NCBI GenBank assembly: GCA_046350675.1
Contig: JAXLZZ010000008.1
Span: 5,726-69,725 of the forward strand
Direction of reading: 5' to 3'
From: Candidatus Saccharimonadales bacterium
Lineage (GTDB): Bacteria; Patescibacteriota; Saccharimonadia; Saccharimonadales; UBA4665
DNA: 64,000 nucleotides
Under the pieces are notes generated by a model. The model saw only the letters and a list, made by a program, of their open reading frames with translations, did not search any database and was not told the DNA's origin. Both the position numbers and the translations under genes were made by a program. This document shows, piece by piece, positions 54,786 to 64,000 of this stretch. Position 1 is the stretch's first letter, and each line of letters begins with the position of its first letter.

Positions 54786-55478
54786 CTACGAGGTTGGCGG
54801 TTTTTCAGACGGAAAGTTTGGCGTCGGTATGTAGTGCTGTTGGGCTAGGGCGCGTTGGTTAAAGACGCTTAAGCCCCTCAATGCCTCGTTGATGGATTGC
54901 TGTTTGACCTCTTCTTGATCAAAGATTTGTGGATCAGCCTTAAGCATATCAATGTACTCGGAGATTCGTTGCGACTGCGTACCAATAAATCGATGTCCGT
55001 CGATCGCCCCATATATCACATGAGCTCCTATGAGATCTGGTGCAAGATAATGGTGTGAGCCGCGCTGGCTCTCAATAGCTTCCGGCGGTGACAGATTCAC
55101 ATATGCAGCGTGTAAGACCGGCAAGTTGTCATTCTGGAGGTCTATCGGATGCTCAGACAAGCTGCGAGCCAGTAAGTGCCCGGTGTAACTGTGTAGACGA
55201 TCATTCTTCTTTTCGTCTTCTAGCTCAGGACGCGCATTCGGCTCTTCTGCTTCCCAAAGTAGGTTATGCAACACATGCTCTTCAAATGGCTGTAAGGTGC
55301 GTTTTGGATCTAGCAAGAAGTCATGTGCATGCACCAGTGGCACGTCAGAATGCTCCTCTAGATGGGCCGCGGTTTTACGGGTGGCAACCACGTTCATATC
55401 GGCTTCGTGAATTGCTCCAGCGAGCTCAACAACCCCAGTCTTATCACTGGCCATAAGTAATACGTTTCTTTCAGACAT
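54786..55478 (-). CDS. MGS-like domain protein (resembles the N-terminal domain of PurH/methylglyoxal synthase fold)
   Basis: VLLMASDKTGVVELAGAIHEADMNVVATRKTAAHLEEH..VPLV resembles the PurH N-terminus (ALISVSDKTGIVEFA..L...GVELLSTGGTA..L). The rest is unrecognised. Confidence 0.6.
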   Translation of the reverse strand: MSERNVLLMASDKTGVVELAGAIHEADMNVVATRKTAAHLEEHSDVPLVHAHDFLLDPKRTLQPFEEHVLHNLLWEAEEPNARPELEDEKKNDRLHSYTGHLLARSLSEHPIDLQNDNLPVLHAAYVNLSPPEAIESQRGSHHYLAPDLIGAHVIYGAIDGHRFIGTQSQRISEYIDMLKADPQIFDQEEVKQQSINEALRGLSVFNQRALAQQHYIPTPNFPSEKPPTS

Positions 55479-55564
55479 AGACAGTATATTATAACACTCT
55501 AAATAAATTTATGCAATGCAGTTGTGCTCATGGTTTACAGGGGCCCTTATAGTATAATTCCCGC

Positions 55565-56155
55565 ATGATACATCAAGAAGGCTTTCCTAATACCCGTAGA
55601 AAAGTTGCCTTGTGGGGCACAATACTCGGACTCACAGTCGCGGGAATTGGCTGTGGCGAGAACGATGAGAAGCAAAGTGCTGCAAGCCAGACCACTCCTC
55701 CAGCAGTTAAAGTACCGAGCAATGCCGATCTGCCACTGCAATGCGCAGATGAAAGTTATGTCGCTAAACAAGGTGAATTAATACGCATCAAGCTCGATGA
55801 CGACTATCGAATAAGCGTGGTAAACGCTGGCATTGCATATGGTGCGCATTTAATTGCTGCTACTCTTTATGATCGCCAAACTGAGCAAAATGTCGACTCC
55901 CAGATGGCTGATAATCTAAAAGATATAAATTTTGTCCGCCACCTACCTGCGACTGGTGAGACAGAAACTGTATATCGAGTAGAGACAGAAGCAATTCCCG
56001 GCAACACTCAAGAAGTAAGCATCAGTCTTTGCTCTCGAAGCCCAAGCGATATGGATGCAACGTGGCAGCACGTAAAAGATGATGCATTCAGCATTATCCA
56101 ACCTCCCACTGGCCCTACCACAAATCAACCCTCAGCCCACAATAGCCAGATTTAA
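55565..56155 (+). CDS. putative lipoprotein (196 aa)
   Basis: The signal-like segment VALWGTILGLTVAGIGCG carries a lipobox-like AGIGC. Confidence 0.65.
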   Translation: MIHQEGFPNTRRKVALWGTILGLTVAGIGCGENDEKQSAASQTTPPAVKVPSNADLPLQCADESYVAKQGELIRIKLDDDYRISVVNAGIAYGAHLIAATLYDRQTEQNVDSQMADNLKDINFVRHLPATGETETVYRVETEAIPGNTQEVSISLCSRSPSDMDATWQHVKDDAFSIIQPPTGPTTNQPSAHNSQI

Positions 56156-56163
56156 TGGCAAAC

Positions 56164-56190
56164 TAAAAAGAGTCCTCTCGCAAGGAACTC
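56164..56190 (-). terminator. candidate intrinsic terminator about 270 nt downstream of 16S
   Basis: Minus strand GAGT(T)CC-ttgcgaga-GGACTC followed by TTTTTAG (one bulge). Confidence 0.5.
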
Positions 56191-56460
56191 TTAGTAGTCA
56201 GTGGCTCGAACGCGAACGTTCTAAAACTGAATTGTGCATTCTAACCTTACGGCTAGATAAATCACTTCCTCGGGTTTAGGTTGGTGCAAGCACCAACCTA
56301 ACTCCTGCGGAGTGCATTATCAACGTCAGTCGTAGTTTACAGAAACTGAGTGGTGTCGACCACCGAAGTGGTAAGTGGATTGTCAGTACTGATTTACAAT
56401 CCATCGACATCGACCTAGTTCACTTGTGATTACTCGACGAGTGACTAGTATATCTCCCTA

Positions 56461-57925
<1,465 letters not shown>

Positions 57926-58311
57926 GATGGAGGTCGTCTCATCTGGTTAAACCTCATGAACGCTGACGGCGTAAACGCCGTATTAACGATCAACAAGGTT
58001 CATCCTGAGTCAACAACGAGCTCTCCAAAAAAGAATCTATTCCTAAACTTCAGTCAAAACATGTCTTGTTTACGACCCTAAGGTCGAAACGAAACCTGAC
58101 TTACTGTTGAGAGCCGTGGAAGGCTCTCGTGTTTAAAACATAGTTCGTGTATCCCGAAGGATACTGAACTGACGTTGATTGTCCACTCAAGGTAAGAGTG
58201 GACATCGGTTCTCTACCGAAGTAGATTGCCGATTTGCACAATTCAATTTTTAACGTTCAAATGGCCGATTTTAGAGACACTCGTAGAGCACCCACGTCAA
58301 CCATTCGTACT

Positions 58312-58340
58312 ATCTTAGCGCACTATTCCCCCTCGGTCAA
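58312..58340 (-). promoter_or_regulatory. candidate 16S promoter
   Basis: Minus strand TTGACC-17 nt-TAAGAT, about 390 nt upstream of the 16S 5' end. Confidence 0.4.
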
Positions 58341-58400
58341 GGGGTAAACTGCCCAAAGTCGCTGTAATTCCCGCAACATGCTTACGCTTTACAGTAGCGT

Positions 58401-58709
58401 CTACAGACCTTGATCCAGCTCGATGGCTGTTACTGCGAATTCAATGAGGTCTAGGCCTTTGTGCAGTTTGATGGGGTCACCACTCAGTTCATTCCTGCGA
58501 ACTTCACTGTGTGCCATGCTTTGATATGTTTCAGAGTCTAACAAGTGTGCTCGAAGCCAAGTCAAGTGCATGGTGCTACGGTCGTTACGATCTGGAATAT
58601 TAAACCTACCGATAACACTTACCATACGCTCATTCCCCTTGTAGTCCACCATCTCCACCACCCCATGACGTTGGAGCCAGTACCAAAATGGAGAATCTTC
58701 CATGTCCAA
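58401..58709 (-). CDS. hypothetical protein (102 aa)
   Basis: ORF only. Confidence 0.5.
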   Translation of the reverse strand: MDMEDSPFWYWLQRHGVVEMVDYKGNERMVSVIGRFNIPDRNDRSTMHLTWLRAHLLDSETYQSMAHSEVRRNELSGDPIKLHKGLDLIEFAVTAIELDQGL

Positions 58710-58889
58710 TTCTGGATTCGCAAAACGTTCGCCCAGCGTTTCAAAACGCTCCTTTGGCGTTTCTGGTGGGATAGATTGTAGTTCGAGCCGAGCAGCTCGG
58801 TACGGACGATTGATTGGTGTTCTCCTGCGCTAGCTAATAATATGCCTTATTGTACACATTATAGCATAAGCTGTATGTTTTTGCAAGGG

Positions 58890-59123
58890 TTAGACTTTGG
58901 CGTTGTAGGGCATGTTCATGTAGGCAGTGCCGTCGGCCAGTTCGTCGAGCATCTGGTTGAGACGTTTGATGCGCGTCTCTTCTTTCTTGGCACGGGTAAT
59001 CCAGCCAATGTAATCATTCTGCTGATATTCGGGGCGTGCCAGATATTCATCCATCAAAGCCCGAGCTTCGAGCGCAAGCTGCACATCATCTGGCATTGGA
59101 TATCGAGGTCGTTGTAGTGCCAT
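58890..59123 (-). CDS. YdeI/OmpD-associated family protein (77 aa)
   Basis: RPEYQQNDYIGWITRAKKEETRIKRLNQMLDELADGTAYM matches the family signature as I remember it. Confidence 0.75.
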   Translation of the reverse strand: MALQRPRYPMPDDVQLALEARALMDEYLARPEYQQNDYIGWITRAKKEETRIKRLNQMLDELADGTAYMNMPYNAKV

Positions 59124-59462
59124 ATACCTACTATAGCAAGCCTTAACTGCCTGTCTGTTAATAATCCCTCGCCTTCAGCGAGGCGCCATGGCGGTTGTGC
59201 GAGCATCAACAGTCGTAACGTGATTTGAAAGCTGTGAAAGCAACAATTCTTGTTTTGGACTCTGCTGAGTGAGATTCCTATGGAATCTATAACGAGCGAA
59301 GTCGACTGAAAGGAGATGTTCAAAACATTGTTGCGCTTTACAGCATTCAAGTCAGGTGGAGGCTGTGCTCTTGGGTTTTTGCCTACTTTTGGGCTAAGCC
59401 AAAAGCTTGCCCTCAACTAGATTGGGGGTAGGAACTTGGTTCTTTGTTGAAAGAACATAGGT

Positions 59463-59523
59463 GTCATTCCGAGCGATAGCCGAGGAATCTTGTACGAGAT
59501 CTCTCCACTGCGGTCGAGATGAC
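59463..59523 (+). mobile_element. 61-nt ORF-less repeat element
   Basis: gtcattccgagcgatagccgaggaatct-tgtac-gagatctctccactgcggtcgagatgac. It ends 9 nt from the gyrA stop codon (59533-59535). Confidence 0.7.
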
Positions 59524-59532
59524 AGTTGAGGG

Positions 59533-62139
59533 TTATTTATCTGCTTTTGGGGCTTTGGCGGGCTTTTTGGCGGGTTTGTCGTCGAGGGGTAGTTCTTCGG
59601 GCGTATCAGCTTCTTCGGCTTCTTCTACCTTGTCTACGAGTGCGAGAGACACAATCTCGTCACCGTCATTGAGGCGCATGATGCGTACACCTTGCGTGGC
59701 ACGACCGAGTGAGGAAATATCTTTTAGGCCAAGGCGGATCGTTTGACCCTGCTGGCTAATGATGATGATCTCCTGCTCTTCGCCCATCAAGCGTTTTACG
59801 CCTACAAGTTCACCAGTCTTATCGTTGACGACTGCTGATCGGATACCAACACCGCCACGAGCGTGAGCCGTGAATTGGTCAATGCTAGTTCGCTTACCGT
59901 AGCCGTATTTACTGATGACGAAGATGTCTGAGCCTTCTTCTACAATATCCATGCCGATGACGTTATCGCCTGGGCGGAGTCGAATACCGCGTACACCGCG
60001 AGCCACACGGCCCATTGGGCGGGCGCCCTTTTCGTGGAAGCGGATTGCCTGGCCCTGTGCGGTGCTAATCACCACCTCGTTGTCACCGGTTGTCATGCGG
60101 ATCCACTTAAGCTCGTCGCCTTCATCGAGGTTGATAGCAATCAAGCCGTTGCTGCGGACGTTTTGGTACTGTTCAAATGGTGTCTTTTTGACGGTGCCGC
60201 GAACGGTACACATGATGAGGTTCTGTGCATCGTGCGTCTTAGATACATTAATGACGCTACTGACAGTCTCTTCTGGTTGCAGCTGCAATAGATTGACCAA
60301 TGCTACACCCTTGGCATTAAGGCCCACTGCCGGCACTTCGTAGGTCTTAAGGCGGAATACGCGGCCCTTATTGGTGAAGAACAGCAGGAAGTCATGAGTT
60401 GAAGCGTTGACCACGTGTTCAATAACGTCTTCTTCGCGTGTCGCCATACCGCGTCGGCCCTTGCCGCCTCGGCCCTGTTTCTTGTAGTCAGCAATTGGGC
60501 TACGTTTGATGTAATTAGCTGCGGTGAGCGTTACCACTACTTGCTCGTCGGCAATCAGGTCTTCGTCGCTCATCTTGCCAAGTTCGCCTGGAATTACTTT
60601 GGTGCGACGATCATCACCATACTGCTTCTTGAGTTCAAGCAGCTCTTCTTTGATGATGGCTAGAATCTTCTTTTCGTCGGCCAGAATACCTTCGAGTTTA
60701 GCGATTAACTTCATGAGTTCGGCAAGTTCGTCTTCGATCTTCTTGCGCTCGAGACCGGCTAGCGCACGGAGCTGCATGGCTAGAATAGCTTTGGCTTGAA
60801 TCTCGCTCAGCTTGAATTTCTTGATCAAATTAGCCGCTGCGTCTTCGGTAGTCTCGCTGGCGCGAATTACCGCAATAACTTCGTCGATGTGATCCAAGGC
60901 GGTTTTAAGACCTTCCAAGATATGAGCACGTTCTTTGGCTTTCTTGAGCTCAAATTCAGTGCGGCGGCGAACCACTTGCTGGCGGTGCTTGATGTGCTCG
61001 TTCAAGATATCTTGCAGCCCAAGTACGCGCGGCTGAATGCCGTCTACCAGCGCCATCATGTTGAAGTGGAAACTCTGCTGCAACGGTGTGAGCTTATAGA
61101 GCTGATTCAACAATTTCTTAGGATAGGCGTCTTTTTTAAGGTCGATTACGATGCGCACTTCGCCGCGAGCAGTTTCGTCGCGGAGATCGCTAATGCCGCT
61201 AAGCTTCTTGTCACGTACCAAGTCGGCAATCTTAAGCACCAATGTCTCTTTATTGAGTGCATACGGGATCTCGGTAATGACAATTTGGTGACGGCCCTTG
61301 GCACCTTCTACAATTTCGGCTACACCACGGGTTACCACGCCACCACGACCCGTTGCGTATGCAGTACGGATTGATTCTTTACCGTAGATAATGCCACCGG
61401 TTGGGAAGTCTGGACCTTTGACGTGTTCGAGCAAATCATCGAGGGTGGCTTCTGGATTGTCGATCAAAGCAACTTCGGCATCGATCAATTCACTGATGTT
61501 GTGTGGCGGAATATTGGTTGCCATGCCTACGGCGATACCGAGCTGACCGTTTAAAAGAAGGTTTGGCAGCTTGGCCGGTAATACGGTTGGCTCTTGGCGA
61601 GTGCTATCGTAGTTATCTCGGTAATCTACCGTATCTTTATCGATATCAGCCAGGGTTTCGTCTGCTAATCGCTCCATTTTTGCCTCGGTATAACGATAGG
61701 CAGCGGGTGGATCACCATCCATAGAACCAAAGTTACCTTGGCCATTTACCAGTGTATAGCGCATTGCCCATGGCTGAGCCATGCGGACCATTGCGTCATA
61801 AATCGAAGAATCACCGTGGGGATGGTAGCGACCCATCACATCACCAACTACGGTAGCTGACTTACGGTGGCGCGCGGTGCTGCGCAAGCCTGATTCGTTC
61901 ATCGTATAGAGAATACGGCGATGCACGGGCTTAAGGCCGTCACGCACATCTGGCAGAGCACGATCAATGATCACACTCATGGAATAACGGAGGTAGCTGT
62001 CCTCCATGACGTTTTCGACACTGCGTCGCTCAACGACACGAGAGTGATCGATATTTACGAGATCTTCCATTGTTTGTTGATCGACATTCGCCTCTTCTGG
62101 CGTTTCGTCGATTGGTAGGTTTGCTTGTTCGTCTGCCAT
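59533..62139 (-). CDS. gyrA: DNA gyrase subunit A
   Basis: 868 aa. [19 protein letters not shown], active-site region [10 protein letters not shown], and C-terminal beta-pinwheel repeats. Confidence 0.97.
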   Translation of the reverse strand: MADEQANLPIDETPEEANVDQQTMEDLVNIDHSRVVERRSVENVMEDSYLRYSMSVIIDRALPDVRDGLKPVHRRILYTMNESGLRSTARHRKSATVVGDVMGRYHPHGDSSIYDAMVRMAQPWAMRYTLVNGQGNFGSMDGDPPAAYRYTEAKMERLADETLADIDKDTVDYRDNYDSTRQEPTVLPAKLPNLLLNGQLGIAVGMATNIPPHNISELIDAEVALIDNPEATLDDLLEHVKGPDFPTGGIIYGKESIRTAYATGRGGVVTRGVAEIVEGAKGRHQIVITEIPYALNKETLVLKIADLVRDKKLSGISDLRDETARGEVRIVIDLKKDAYPKKLLNQLYKLTPLQQSFHFNMMALVDGIQPRVLGLQDILNEHIKHRQQVVRRRTEFELKKAKERAHILEGLKTALDHIDEVIAVIRASETTEDAAANLIKKFKLSEIQAKAILAMQLRALAGLERKKIEDELAELMKLIAKLEGILADEKKILAIIKEELLELKKQYGDDRRTKVIPGELGKMSDEDLIADEQVVVTLTAANYIKRSPIADYKKQGRGGKGRRGMATREEDVIEHVVNASTHDFLLFFTNKGRVFRLKTYEVPAVGLNAKGVALVNLLQLQPEETVSSVINVSKTHDAQNLIMCTVRGTVKKTPFEQYQNVRSNGLIAINLDEGDELKWIRMTTGDNEVVISTAQGQAIRFHEKGARPMGRVARGVRGIRLRPGDNVIGMDIVEEGSDIFVISKYGYGKRTSIDQFTAHARGGVGIRSAVVNDKTGELVGVKRLMGEEQEIIIISQQGQTIRLGLKDISSLGRATQGVRIMRLNDGDEIVSLALVDKVEEAEEADTPEELPLDDKPAKKPAKAPKADK

Positions 62140-62281
62140 ATTAATAGACTCCGTCGATTAATTTGTCATTTGCACAATTTTTATTAGCTAAATTATTTGC
62201 TAATTTCGGATTTGCAAAAAATAGCAAATGGCACCTTGCAAATAATTGGGAAATTGGTAAATGGTGATTGGTAAATTGCAT

Positions 62282-64000
<1,719 letters not shown>

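Noticed and set aside
59124-59460. A 340-nt gap with several hairpins. I checked it for RNase P RNA, tmRNA and SRP RNA. It is also covered by ORF 59054-59416.
   Set aside because: I found no GAGGAAAGUCC / ACAGAA..GGCUUA (RNase P) motifs, no tRNA-like 3' end with a tag ORF (tmRNA), and no GGAA-tetraloop SRP motif on either strand. The ORF overlaps the YdeI-like gene and looks spurious. A weak degenerate repeat-element remnant (gagattcctatggaatct..gagcgaag) may be present.

Overview
This 64-kb window looks like a Saccharibacteria (TM7)-type CPR bacterium. The 16S gene has U at the E. coli 912 equivalent (window 57065), genes are small and tightly packed, and almost everything is on the minus strand.

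Housekeeping genes:
- Translation: rplU, ileS with a candidate T-box leader, rpsU, infB, rpsA, def-fmt, map.
- Division and replication: ftsA-ftsZ, priA, gyrB-gyrA.
- Nucleotide metabolism: nrdJ-nrdR, adk.

Stable RNA genes are unlinked. The 16S gene (56.5-57.9 kb) has its own candidate promoter and terminator. tRNA-Ala and tRNA-Ile sit at 54.4-54.7 kb. A 3.67-kb 23S gene with four ORF-less insertions, plus 5S, lies at 31.0-35.2 kb.

Accessory content of interest:
1. A 4,927-aa membrane-anchored fibre-like giant protein (36592-51375). It is built partly from near-identical kb-scale DNA modules and contains an internal tail-fibre S74-like chaperone motif. A second, partial paralog-like surface protein (1-3296) is missing from the ORF track.
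2. A small GIY-YIG (COG2827-type) gene bounded by 29-bp imperfect inverted repeats. The same ends, without the ORF, form 61-83-nt palindromic elements elsewhere: one in frame inside priA, and three ending exactly 9 nt from a stop codon.
3. A second family of 105-120-nt long hairpins that abut stop codons.

I found no CRISPR array, no recognisable defence operon and no prophage. All calls come from reading the sequence and translations by eye. No searches were run.
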